This document shows, piece by piece, positions 43,703 through 52,395 of a DNA stretch of 52,736 nt; the stretch's first letter is position 1, and every line of letters begins with the position of its first letter. The notes beneath the pieces are model-generated. The model had not been told where the DNA came from, made no database searches, and saw nothing but the letters and a program-made list of their open reading frames with translations. Position numbers and translations under genes: made by a program. Source of the DNA: Solirubrobacterales bacterium (GTDB taxonomy: Bacteria; Actinomycetota; Thermoleophilia; Solirubrobacterales; 70-9); NCBI GenBank assembly GCA_036376775.1, contig DASUZP010000032.1, positions 1-52,736 on the forward strand, written 5' to 3'.

Positions 43703-44373
43703 GATTCCGGGCCAAAGCCGTCTTTGCCCTGGCGCTGGCGCTGTCCGCGGTCGCCCTGCCGCCCGGTCCTGCCGCCGGCGACGCGTCTTCGCAGCAGCTG
43801 CGCCCCCACATAACCCGCTGGCCGATCCCCTTCCCGCCGAAGCGCAAGCGGCAGATGGCCGCCTACTCGCAGCGCCATTACGGCGAAGACACTTGGCGGC
43901 TGCGGCATCCCCGCGTAATCGTCGAGCACTTTGCCGAAGCCGGCACCGCGGCTGCCGTCTACAACACCTTCGCCCCGGACGTCGCCGACCCCGAGCTGGG
44001 CGAGCTGCCAAACGTCTGCGCCCACTTCGTCGTCTCCTCGTCGGGACGCATCTTCCAGCTGGTCAACCTGAGGACTCGCTGCCGGCACACGGTCGGCCTC
44101 AACTGGACCGCGATCGGGATCGAGCACACCGGCTTCAGCGACGCGGAGGTGCTCGGCGACCGCGCCCAGCTTCGCGCCTCGCTGCAGCTGACCCGCTACC
44201 TGCGCTGCCACTTTCACATCCGCCTGCGCAACGTGATCGGCCACGCCGAGAGCCTCAGCTCGCCCTACCACCGCGAGCGCGTCCCCAGCCTGCGCAACCA
44301 GACCCACGGCGACTGGCGCCATAGCTCGATGCAGATCTACCGCCGCAAGCTGGGAAGACTGGGTGGTTGCTGA
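43699..44373 (+). CDS. Secreted N-acetylmuramoyl-L-alanine amidase (Amidase_2 / PGRP-like)
   Basis: The signal peptide is MRFRAKAVFALALALSAVALPPGPAAG, followed by AHFVVSSSGRIFQLV, NWTAIGIEHTG and NVIGHAE. Confidence 0.75.
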   Translation: MRFRAKAVFALALALSAVALPPGPAAGDASSQQLRPHITRWPIPFPPKRKRQMAAYSQRHYGEDTWRLRHPRVIVEHFAEAGTAAAVYNTFAPDVADPELGELPNVCAHFVVSSSGRIFQLVNLRTRCRHTVGLNWTAIGIEHTGFSDAEVLGDRAQLRASLQLTRYLRCHFHIRLRNVIGHAESLSSPYHRERVPSLRNQTHGDWRHSSMQIYRRKLGRLGGC

Positions 44374-45164
44374 TCTCGTACCGCAAGGCTCACCTCAACC
44401 TGATCGACAGCTCGCGGCAGCTGTTCGAACTCGACCCCGGCGCGGAGATCGAGTCCGGCGATGGCTGGGTCTACGGTGCCGGGCGCTCATCGCACCCGCT
44501 GATCTCGAACGCCGCCTTCCGAGCCGACGACGGGCTCGACCCCGGCGACTTCCTCGCGCGCGCTCAGGCCTTCTTTGCCGCGCGCGGGCGCGGCTTTGCG
44601 GTCTGGGCACGCAGCGAGCTGCCCGAGGATCGCGATCTGATCGAGGCGGCCGAAGAGGCCGGGCTGCAGCAGGCCTACGAGATGCCCGAGATGGTGCTGG
44701 GCGGGCGAGCCGAGGAGAGCCCACCCCCCGACCGGGTCGAGATGCGGCGGGTCGCTTCCGCGGCCGACGCCGGCGACTACTGGCGCGTGGCAACCGCCGC
44801 CTACGCCAGCCTCGGGTTCCCACCTGAGATCTTCGCCTTCTACGAGAACCACGACGGCCTCGTCGGCGAAAACGCAGCCGCCTTCCTGGCCCATTTCGAT
44901 GGACACCCCGCCGCGATCGCGATGACGATCGTCAGCCACGGCGTCGCCGGCATCTACTGGGTCGGCTGTACGGAGGAGGCACGAGGTCGGGGACTGGGAC
45001 GGACGATGACCGCAACCGCGGTCAACGCCGGCTTTGAGCTCGGCGCCGAGACCGCCTCGCTCCAAGCCTCGCCGATGGGCGAGAATCTCTACCGCCAGAT
45101 GGGATTCGAAACAGTCTTCAACTACCGGCTGCTTGCCTGTGCGCCGGCCGAGACCGGCCGATGA
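44367..45164 (+). CDS. GNAT-family N-acetyltransferase
   Basis: GIYWVGCTEEARGRGLGRTMTATAVNAG...ASPMGENLYRQMGFE is the acetyl-CoA binding R/Q-x-x-G-x-G/A motif. The TTG start is uncertain. Confidence 0.75.
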   Translation: MLISYRKAHLNLIDSSRQLFELDPGAEIESGDGWVYGAGRSSHPLISNAAFRADDGLDPGDFLARAQAFFAARGRGFAVWARSELPEDRDLIEAAEEAGLQQAYEMPEMVLGGRAEESPPPDRVEMRRVASAADAGDYWRVATAAYASLGFPPEIFAFYENHDGLVGENAAAFLAHFDGHPAAIAMTIVSHGVAGIYWVGCTEEARGRGLGRTMTATAVNAGFELGAETASLQASPMGENLYRQMGFETVFNYRLLACAPAETGR

Positions 45165-45589
45165 AGCAGCGACTGAACTTGATCACCCTCGGCGTCGCCG
45201 ACCTCGACCGGGCGCGGCGCTTCTACCAGGCGCTCGGTTGGGTGACCGGAGCAGACCCGGACGACGACGTCGTCTTCTTCCAGGCCGGGGAGATGGTGGT
45301 GGCATTGTGGGATCGCGCCCGGCTGGCAGAGGACAGCTGTGTGCAGGACTCGCCCGGCTGGGGCGGCGTGACGCTCGCGGTCAACTTCGGCTCCCGCGCG
45401 GAGGTCGACACGGTGACCGCGGAGGCACGGGCCGCCGGGGCGAAGATCGGCCGCGAGCCGGCCGATACCTTCTGGGGCGGCTACAGCGCCGTCTTCATCG
45501 ACCCCGACGGCCATCCCTGGGAGGTGGCCCACAACCCACACTGGACCGTCACCGAGGACGGTGGCGTCAAGCTCGCCTCTGCCGACTGA
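45161..45589 (+). CDS. VOC (glyoxalase/bleomycin-resistance) family protein
   Basis: LNLITLGVADLDRARRFYQALGW...FIDPDGHPWEVAHNP. The ATGA overlaps the upstream gene. Confidence 0.85.
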   Translation: MKQRLNLITLGVADLDRARRFYQALGWVTGADPDDDVVFFQAGEMVVALWDRARLAEDSCVQDSPGWGGVTLAVNFGSRAEVDTVTAEARAAGAKIGREPADTFWGGYSAVFIDPDGHPWEVAHNPHWTVTEDGGVKLASAD

Positions 45590-45611
45590 GCGCGACCCTT
45601 ACGATCCCGGC

Positions 45612-46052
45612 GTGATCTACCTGCTGCGACACGGCGACGCTGAGCGCGGCGACGGCGACGATGCGGCGCGACGGCTGACCGCGAAGGGCGAGCGCCAATC
45701 GGAGCTCGCAGGGCGGGCGCTGGCGGCCCTCGGGGCGGAGATCGACGCCTGCCTGACGAGTCCCAAGATGCGGGCGGCCGACACGGCGCGGCTGGCCTGC
45801 GACCAGCTGCAGATCGAACCCGAGATCGCCGAGGAGCTGGGGGGCGGCGGCTTCGACTCCCCCAGCCTCGCCGCGGGCCGAGGCGACGTGATGTTGGTCG
45901 GCCACGAGCCGGACTTCTCGAACGAGATCGCGCGGCTCACGGGCGCCAGGGCGAAGCTGCGCAAGGGCGGCCTGGCGATCGTCGACGGCAACACCCTGCA
46001 CGTACTGCTGCGGCCGGAGGACCTGGCCGCGATCGCCGCTCCGCCGAACTGA
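45612..46052 (+). CDS. SixA-like phosphohistidine phosphatase (histidine phosphatase superfamily)
   Basis: VIYLLRHGDAE is the RHG motif, followed by ...LTSPKMRAADTA... and MLVGHEPDFS. The GTG at 45612 was chosen. Confidence 0.8.
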   Translation: MIYLLRHGDAERGDGDDAARRLTAKGERQSELAGRALAALGAEIDACLTSPKMRAADTARLACDQLQIEPEIAEELGGGGFDSPSLAAGRGDVMLVGHEPDFSNEIARLTGARAKLRKGGLAIVDGNTLHVLLRPEDLAAIAAPPN

Positions 46053-46099
46053 GCGGCGGCCCAGGGCCCCGCAGGCAGATGGTGCCCCGACCGCCCATG

Positions 46100-46384
46100 G
46101 GAGGTGCGACGGCCGGGACACGCTTTTGCGGACGACCACTCCCGTTCGCAGTCTGTTGTCTATCAGACATTTCAGCCCTTGCAACCGCAAAAGGTCAACC
46201 GTTCGCGCCAATTCGCGGCAAATGTCACTGATAGAAGACATCGATGTCACTCATACAAAGCAACAACGTTCGAGGACTGCATTTGTCAGAGTCGGCCGCA
46301 GCCGACTGGCCAGTCAACCAGGACCGCGCTTTCCTTGTAGCCTCCCGGCCCGACTTCACGACTTAGATAGGAGAGCGCAAATCG
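46100..46384. promoter_or_regulatory. AT-rich spacer with operator-like repeats and a probable promoter for the SDR gene
   Basis: GC content drops visibly in this stretch. ATGTCACTGATAGAAGACAT (46222-46241, ATGTC-N10-GACAT) has a direct half-repeat ATGTCACTCATACAAAGCA 22 bp downstream. A related palindrome TGTCTATCAGACA sits at about 46157-46169. CTTTTGCGG ... CCGCAAAAG forms a long-range pair. The RBS is GGAGAG. Confidence 0.45.
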
Positions 46385-47215
46385 ATGGGACTTCTTGATG
46401 GGAAAGCGGCGATCGTCACCGGCTCCGCCCGGGGGATCGGACGCGCCACCGCGGAGCTGTTCGCCAGCGAGGGCGCCAAGGTTCTGATCAACGACCTCGA
46501 CGCCGACGTCGCCGAGCAGGCTGCCGGCGAGATCGCCGGCGAAACCGCCGTCCACGCCGGCGACCTGACCAAGCCCGACGCCGCCGACCAGCTGGTGGCC
46601 GCCGGTGTCGACGCCTTCGGTGCGATCGACATCGTCGTCAACAACGCCGGCTACACCTGGGATGGTGTCGCTCACCGGATGACCGACGATCAGTTCCAGG
46701 CGATGCTCGACATCCACACCGTGGTGCCCTTCCGCGTCGCCCGCGCCCTGGCACCCCACTGGCGCGAGGCGGCCAAGGCGGAGAAGGGCGAAGACAAAGA
46801 GGTCTTCCGCAAGCTGATCAACATCTCCTCGACCTCGGGGACGATGGGCAACGCCGGCCAGATCAACTACTCGGCCGCCAAGATGGCCGTCGTCGGCATG
46901 ACCAAAACCCTGGCCAAGGAGTGGGGGCAGTTCAAAATCAACGTCAACGCCGTCGCCTTCGGCTTCGTCGAAACCCGGCTGACCGCCGCCAAAGAGGAGG
47001 GCGGAGAGATGACCGCCCCCGGCGGCGAGAAGATCGAGCTCGGCATTCCCGAGCAGATGCGGGCGATGGCCTCGGCGATCATCCCGCTCGGCCGCCCGGC
47101 GACGCCCGTCGAGGCCTCGGGCCCGGTCCTCTTCCTCGCCTCGCCTCTGGCCAACTACGTGCACGGTCAGGTCCTGAACGTGACCGGCGGGATGTTCGGA
47201 GGGATGTACACCTGA
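46385..47215 (+). CDS. SDR-family oxidoreductase (FabG-like)
   Basis: GKAAIVTGSARGIGRA, NNAG and YSAAKMAV. Confidence 0.88.
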   Translation: MGLLDGKAAIVTGSARGIGRATAELFASEGAKVLINDLDADVAEQAAGEIAGETAVHAGDLTKPDAADQLVAAGVDAFGAIDIVVNNAGYTWDGVAHRMTDDQFQAMLDIHTVVPFRVARALAPHWREAAKAEKGEDKEVFRKLINISSTSGTMGNAGQINYSAAKMAVVGMTKTLAKEWGQFKINVNAVAFGFVETRLTAAKEEGGEMTAPGGEKIELGIPEQMRAMASAIIPLGRPATPVEASGPVLFLASPLANYVHGQVLNVTGGMFGGMYT

Positions 47216-47292
47216 GCCCTGCGGCGACAGAGGGCAGGTCACGGGTTCGCTATCTGGACGTAGGCGATCGCATCTGGCCTGTCCTCCGTCGC

Positions 47293-47697
47293 TTGACGGG
47301 CGTTCACACGCTCCTCTACCGAGCCTCGGGGGGACGCATCGGGCAAGACGTTCCGGGCTTGAGGGGCAGGATGCTGCTGCTCGACCACGTCGGGGCGAAG
47401 AGCGGCACCAAGCGCACCTCCCCGCTCCTCTACGTCAAGGACGGCGACGCCGTCGTCATCGTCGCCTCCAAAGGCGGCTACCCTAAGCACCCTGGCTGGT
47501 ACCACAACCTGATGGCCACCCCAGACACGACGGTCCAGGTCGGCAGCGAGCGGCGGTCGGTCCACGCCCGCGTCGCCAACCCCGAGGAGCGCGAGCGCCT
47601 CTGGCCGGTCGTGGTCAAGAGCTACGGCGGCTACGCGGACTACCAGGCTCGCAGCAAAGGTCGCGAAATCCCGCTGGTCATCCTCGAGCCGCGCTAG
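47293..47697 (+). CDS. Deazaflavin (F420H2)-dependent nitroreductase-family oxidoreductase (DDN-like)
   Basis: MLLLDHVGAKSGTKRTSPLLYVKDGDAVVIVASKGGYPKHPGWYHNLMATPDTTVQVG...ERERLWP...YADYQARSKGREIPLVILEP. The start is uncertain; the in-frame TTG at 47293 was chosen. Confidence 0.75.
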   Translation: MTGVHTLLYRASGGRIGQDVPGLRGRMLLLDHVGAKSGTKRTSPLLYVKDGDAVVIVASKGGYPKHPGWYHNLMATPDTTVQVGSERRSVHARVANPEERERLWPVVVKSYGGYADYQARSKGREIPLVILEPR

Positions 47698-47700
47698 TCG

Positions 47701-47737
47701 GGGCGCGTTAGAGGTCTATAGGACGACTAACGCGCCC
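47701..47737. terminator. Bidirectional terminator-like hairpin between convergent genes
   Basis: GGGCGCGTTAG-N15-CTAACGCGCCC has a perfect 11-bp stem. It lies 3 nt after the plus-strand stop and 2 nt after the minus-strand stop. There is no U-tract. Confidence 0.6.
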
Positions 47738-47739
47738 GG

Positions 47740-48591
47740 TCACTTGGGGCGGCGCTCCTCGGCCACGGGTTTGCCACCCTCGGCGATCGCCTCCGGTGGC
47801 CACGGACCGGCCCAGTTGTCGCGGCCGCCGTCGATCGTGATCGTCGTGCCGGAGACGAAGTCGCCGGCCGGGGAGGCCAGGTAGGCGACCAGCCAGGCCA
47901 TCTCCTCGGCGCGGCCGGCGCGGCCGATCGGGATCGAGCGCTCGAGATTGTCGACGACGACCTGCGGATACTTGGTCAGCAGGGTCTCGGTGGCGAACTG
48001 GCCCGCGGCGAGGGCGCAGGTGGTGATCCCGAAGCGCGCCCACTCGACTGCCAGCGTACGCATCATGTTCTCGACCGCGGCGCGGGCGGCGCCCGAATGG
48101 ACCATCCCCGGCATGCCGTTGTGGGGGGAGAGGGTGACGCTGAGCACCTTTCCCCCACCCTGCGGGATGAAAGCCTTGGTCGCCGCCGCGTGGGTCATCA
48201 GCCAGGTCCCCTGCACGTTCAGCTCGATCACGGTGCGGAAGCCTTTCGGCGTGATCGACTCCGCCGGGGCGAGGAACTGCCCGCCGGCGTTGTTGACGAG
48301 AACGTCGAGCCGCTCGTGCCGCTCGAGCAGGCCGTCGAAGAGGCGCTCGATCGCCTCCTCGTCGCGGATATCCAGCGCCTCGTACTCGAAGCGGCCGGCG
48401 AGCCCCGCGGCCAAGTCCGCGGTCTCCGCCAAGGGCTCCTCGCGGCGCCCGCAACCGACCACGACGGCCCCCAGACGGGTCAGCTCCAGCGCGGTCTCAC
48501 GGCCGAGACCGCTGCCGGCGCCGGAGACCAGGCAGACCTGTCCGTCGAGCAAGCCGTCCTTGAAGACGCGCGAATGAGCGCTTTCACCCAT
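47740..48591 (-). CDS. SDR-family oxidoreductase
   Basis: GQVCLVSGAGSGLGRE, NNAG and SGAARAAV. Confidence 0.85.
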   Translation of the reverse strand: MGESAHSRVFKDGLLDGQVCLVSGAGSGLGRETALELTRLGAVVVGCGRREEPLAETADLAAGLAGRFEYEALDIRDEEAIERLFDGLLERHERLDVLVNNAGGQFLAPAESITPKGFRTVIELNVQGTWLMTHAAATKAFIPQGGGKVLSVTLSPHNGMPGMVHSGAARAAVENMMRTLAVEWARFGITTCALAAGQFATETLLTKYPQVVVDNLERSIPIGRAGRAEEMAWLVAYLASPAGDFVSGTTITIDGGRDNWAGPWPPEAIAEGGKPVAEERRPK

Positions 48592-48640
48592 AGACCGGCA
48601 AGCATATTGCTGACCCCGACCCAGGTAATGTGATTCGGCG

Positions 48641-49552
48641 ATGAAGGTGCACGCGGAGGCGAAACCGCTACACGAGCCGCTTGCCGGCGGTACCCAGGGC
48701 GCGTCGGTCAGCGTCGAGCCGCTGATCGCCGGTCATGTCACCTGGCCACGCACGATGATGGAACGGCCCGGCGGGCGCCTCGAGACGCTGAAGCTGCTGC
48801 GCGCCCTGCTCACCGGCCAGCCGGCGATGACCGTCCCCTGCCCCGCCTTCCTGATCCGCCATCCCAGCGCCGGCGCGATCCTCGTCGACACCGGCCTGCA
48901 CCCCTCGATCGCCACCGACGGACACGAGAACTTCGGCCGGCTCGGCGCCCGCGTCGGCAAGCCGTCGTTGGACGCCGGCAGCGACGTCCCCGCCCAGCTG
49001 CGTTCCCGCGGCCTCGACGCCGGCGAGATCCCGATCGTCGTCATGACCCACATGCACATCGACCACACCTCGGCGATCTCCGAGTTCCCCAACTCGACCT
49101 TCGTCGTCAGCGAGGTCGAGTGGGAGGCGGCAACCATCGGGCCGAAACCGCTGCTGAACGGATACCGGCGCGCCCACTTCGACTACGCCTTCGACTCCCG
49201 CACGGTCGACTTCGACCGCGCCGGCATCGACTCCTACTCCAGCTTCGCCCGCTGCTTCGACCTCTTCGGCGACGGCTCGATCCGCCTCGCCTATACGCCG
49301 GGGCACAGCGCCGGTCACATGTCGGTGATCGCGCGCCTCTCAGAGCGGGACTTCGCGATCGGCGGCGACGCCACCTACACCCAGGGCCAGCTCGACGGCA
49401 GCGCGCCGCTTGCGCCGCGCCCCTTCGACGCCCACAACTACCGGCGTTCGCTCCAGGAGCTGAAGCTGTTCCGCCGCGAGTACCCGGACGCGATCGTCAC
49501 GCCGGGGCACGATCCGGGCTTCTTCGAGCAGCTCGACGCCCGTTACTCCTAG
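48641..49552 (+). CDS. MBL-fold metallo-hydrolase (lactonase-like)
   Basis: VVMTHMHIDHTSA is the HxHxDH motif. GDGSIRLAYTPGHSAGH and TPGHDP are also present. Confidence 0.82.
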   Translation: MKVHAEAKPLHEPLAGGTQGASVSVEPLIAGHVTWPRTMMERPGGRLETLKLLRALLTGQPAMTVPCPAFLIRHPSAGAILVDTGLHPSIATDGHENFGRLGARVGKPSLDAGSDVPAQLRSRGLDAGEIPIVVMTHMHIDHTSAISEFPNSTFVVSEVEWEAATIGPKPLLNGYRRAHFDYAFDSRTVDFDRAGIDSYSSFARCFDLFGDGSIRLAYTPGHSAGHMSVIARLSERDFAIGGDATYTQGQLDGSAPLAPRPFDAHNYRRSLQELKLFRREYPDAIVTPGHDPGFFEQLDARYS

Positions 49553-50240
49553 CCAGCCCCTCGTACATCTCCCGCACCCGGCCGAAGATCTCGGTCGCGG
49601 CCTCGAGCTGGCGCTCGCGGCTCGGCGCTCCCTCCGACCGATAGGAGAGCGGCTCGCCGAACTGGACCGTCACCTTGGGGAAGCGGAAGCGCTTCCAACG
49701 CCGCACCGAAGCAGAGCCGTGGACGGCGACCGGGACCACCGGCACGCCCGCTTCCAGCGCGATGCGGCCGATCCCCGGTTTGGGCTCGCCCAACTCACCG
49801 CTGCGCGAGCGGCCGCCCTCGGCGTAGACGAGCAGCATGCCGCCCTGGTCGAGGATCGCAAAGGCGGTCTTGAACGCCTCCTCGTCATGCTGACCGCGGC
49901 GCACCGGGAAGACGCCGCCGTGCTTGTAGATGTAGGTGAGCACGGGCGGGCCGAACATCTGCGATTTCGCCATGAAGCGGACCTGGCGGCGCAGGTAGAG
50001 GCCGACGAAGAAGTGGTCCATCTGGCTGAAGTGGTTCGGCGCAAGCACGAGCGCGCCGGTCCGGGGCACGTTCTCGACCCCGATCGCGCGTACCCGGTAG
50101 AGCAAGAGAGTGGGCAGGGAGACGATGGCGCGCACAAGCGGGTAGGTCCAGCCGACGCCCTTGCGCGCCGCCGCGTGGAACTGATCGAAGTAGGACGCCG
50201 GGCGGTCGTCCTTGTAGACCTGTGGCTTGATGTCGGGCAT
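49497..50240 (-). CDS. plsC: 1-acyl-sn-glycerol-3-phosphate (lysophospholipid) acyltransferase
   Basis: LAPNHFSQMDHF is the HX4D motif, with FPVRRG, LLVYAEGGRS and GVPVVPVAVHG. The internal ATG at 50240 was chosen. The 3' end overlaps the convergent MBL gene by 56 nt. Confidence 0.82.
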   Translation of the reverse strand: MPDIKPQVYKDDRPASYFDQFHAAARKGVGWTYPLVRAIVSLPTLLLYRVRAIGVENVPRTGALVLAPNHFSQMDHFFVGLYLRRQVRFMAKSQMFGPPVLTYIYKHGGVFPVRRGQHDEEAFKTAFAILDQGGMLLVYAEGGRSRSGELGEPKPGIGRIALEAGVPVVPVAVHGSASVRRWKRFRFPKVTVQFGEPLSYRSEGAPSRERQLEAATEIFGRVREMYEGLARSNGRRAARRSPDRAPA

Positions 50241-50296
50241 GGGCGAGACGACGGCCGCACGGCCGTCGCTGTGCGTACCCCCTGCGCGCGCGGCGG

Positions 50297-51760
50297 TTAC
50301 GCCCGCTTCTCGGGATCGGCCCAGCCGCGCGAGCGCGCGAGCGCACGCCGCCAATCCGCCAGCAGGACGCGGCGCTCGTCGTCCTCCATCCGCGGCTCAT
50401 AGCGGGCCGCCTCGCGCCACATCTCGGCGACCTGCGCGGCACTCCAGCGCCCGGTCGCGATCCCCGCCAGATAGGCAGCGCCGAGCGCCGTCGTCTCGGC
50501 GATCTCCGGCACGACGACCGGCGCTCCGAGCACATCGGCCTGGAACTGCATCAACCAGCCGTTGGCCACAGCGCCCCCGTCGGCTTTCAGTTCGGTCAGC
50601 CGGGCGCCGCCGGCTGCCTCCTCCGCCCGCACCGCGTCGACCGTCTGGTAGGCGATCGCCTCCAGCGCCGCCCGCGCCAGGTGGGCGCGGCCGCTGCCGC
50701 GGGTGAGCCCGACGATCGTGCCGCGCGCGTATGGGTCCCAGTGGGGCGAGCCGAGGCCGGTCAGCGCCGGGACGAAGTAGACGCCGTCGTTGCCGTCGAG
50801 CGACGCCGCCAGCGCCTCGCTCTCCCCCGCCTCCCCGACGATCCCGAGCCCGTCGCGCAGCCACTGCACGGCGGCGCCGGTGACGAAGATCGAGGCCTCG
50901 AGCGCGTAGGCGGTGGCCTCTTCCGGGGCACAGGCGACCGTGGTCAGCAGGCCCTCGCCCGGGGCCGGCGCATCGGCACCCGCGTTGAGCAGGACGAAGC
51001 TGCCGGTCCCGTAGGTGTTCTTGGCGCTGCCGGCGCTGTGGCATGCCTGGCCGAAGAGCGCCGCCTGCTGGTCGCCGGCGATCCCGGCCACCGGCACCTC
51101 GCCACCGAACTCGGTGGAGGTGCCGTAGACGTGGGCCGAGGGCAGCGGCTCGGGCAGCCGCGCCGGGTCGACGCCGAGCATCGCGCAGAGCTCCGCGTCC
51201 CAGGCGAGGCGGTGGATGTCGAACAGCATCGTCCGCGAGGCGTTCGTGTAGTCGGTCGCGTGGCGGCCGGTCAGCTTGAAGAGCAGCCAGGAGTCGATCG
51301 TGCCGAAGACCGCCCGGCCGGCGGCCTCGACGTTGTTCAGCAGCCACTCGATCTTGGTCGCGGAGAAGTAGGGATCGAGGACCAACCCGGTGCGCTCGCG
51401 CACCAGCGCCTCCCTGCCCTCCTCGCGCAGCCGGTTGCAGCGCTCGGCGGTGCGCCGGTCCTGCCAGACCAGAGCCCTGTGCACCGGCTCCCCGCTCGCC
51501 GGATCCCAGGCGACCACGGTCTCGCGCTGGTTGGCGATCCCGATCCCGTCGAGCTCCGCCCCCTGGATCCCGGCGTCGGCGATCGCCTCGATCGCGACCC
51601 GCCGCGTCACCGCCCAGATTTCCGCTGCGTCGTGCTCGACCCAGCCCGGCTGGGGAAAGTGCTGCTCGAACTCCGAGTAGGCGCGGCCGGCGACCCGCCC
51701 CTCCGCATCGAAGACCAGGCAAGTGGTGCCGGTGGTCCCCTGGTCGATCGCCAGGATCAA
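50297..51760 (-). CDS. glpK: Glycerol kinase
   Basis: ILAIDQGTTGTTCLVFD...QHFPQPGWVEHD...IANQRETVVAW...GDQQAALFGQ. Confidence 0.95.
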   Translation of the reverse strand: MILAIDQGTTGTTCLVFDAEGRVAGRAYSEFEQHFPQPGWVEHDAAEIWAVTRRVAIEAIADAGIQGAELDGIGIANQRETVVAWDPASGEPVHRALVWQDRRTAERCNRLREEGREALVRERTGLVLDPYFSATKIEWLLNNVEAAGRAVFGTIDSWLLFKLTGRHATDYTNASRTMLFDIHRLAWDAELCAMLGVDPARLPEPLPSAHVYGTSTEFGGEVPVAGIAGDQQAALFGQACHSAGSAKNTYGTGSFVLLNAGADAPAPGEGLLTTVACAPEEATAYALEASIFVTGAAVQWLRDGLGIVGEAGESEALAASLDGNDGVYFVPALTGLGSPHWDPYARGTIVGLTRGSGRAHLARAALEAIAYQTVDAVRAEEAAGGARLTELKADGGAVANGWLMQFQADVLGAPVVVPEIAETTALGAAYLAGIATGRWSAAQVAEMWREAARYEPRMEDDERRVLLADWRRALARSRGWADPEKRA

Positions 51761-52329
51761 GCCGTCGCCCCGCGGACGATGGTCAGCAAGCCGTCGGCCA
51801 CGCCGGACGCGTCCTCCCCGCCGGCCCCCAGCCGGCGCAGCCCCATCCCGTACATCAGCGCCACGATCGTCCGCGCGTGCCCGGCCGGATCGGGCACCCC
51901 GAGCACCTCCAGGGCGGCTGCCGCCACGCCTTCGTAGGCCTCGAAGCAGCGCAGCGAGGCCTCCCTCAGCGCCGGGTCCCGAGCGGCTTGGAGGTGAAGC
52001 TCGATCTCAGCCAGCTGCTGGATCCGGTTGCCGGACTCCTCGACGATCCGCTCGACCTCGGCCGCGACGTCCTCGACGCTCGGGTGCGCGCGACGCAGCT
52101 CGGCGGCGATCTCCTCCTGCCGGGCGACCTCCTCGCCGACGAAGAGGAGCAGGCTTTCCCGCAGCAGGTCGACCTGGCTGGCGAAGTGGTAGGTGAGAGA
52201 GCCGAGCGCGACGCCGGCCGCCGTGGCGACCCGGCGATTGGTCACGGCGGAGATGCCCTCGCTGCCGATCAGCTCGACCGTCGCACGGAGAATCCGCTCA
52301 CGCGTTTGAGTGGACGCAACGGTGGCCAA
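51757..52329 (-). CDS. TetR-family transcriptional regulator
   Basis: RERILRATVELIGSEGISAVTNRRVATAAGVALGSLTYHF is the HTH. A 4-nt overlap (ATGA type) joins it to the glpK start. Confidence 0.88.
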   Translation of the reverse strand: MATVASTQTRERILRATVELIGSEGISAVTNRRVATAAGVALGSLTYHFASQVDLLRESLLLFVGEEVARQEEIAAELRRAHPSVEDVAAEVERIVEESGNRIQQLAEIELHLQAARDPALREASLRCFEAYEGVAAAALEVLGVPDPAGHARTIVALMYGMGLRRLGAGGEDASGVADGLLTIVRGATA

Positions 52330-52355
52330 GAAGCGCCAGCCTACCCGTTTCGCTT

Positions 52356-52377
52356 ATCGTTCGTTCGAACGAACAAT
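52356..52377. promoter_or_regulatory. Candidate TetR operator (22-bp palindrome)
   Basis: ATCGTTCGTTC|GAACGAACAAT is symmetric at 10/11 positions. It is centred in the 66-bp divergent spacer between tetR and the amidase gene. Confidence 0.5.
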
Positions 52378-52395
52378 CTCAGGCGAGGGGGCCGG

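Noticed and set aside
46104-46398. Small ORFs (78 aa and 90 aa) in the AT-rich spacer as possible novel peptides.
   Set aside because: They have no RBS, and their codon usage is unlike that of the surrounding genes. The two overlap each other in different frames, and the region is better explained by inverted and direct repeat motifs. A small peptide cannot be fully excluded without Ribo-seq.
49497-49552. The 56-nt convergent overlap of the MBL-hydrolase and plsC 3' ends as a sign of a frameshift or pseudogene.
   Set aside because: Both ORFs keep their family motifs well upstream of the overlap, and both tails are short, unconserved-looking extensions. Such overlaps occur in compact high-GC genomes, and I cannot show a disruption from the sequence alone.
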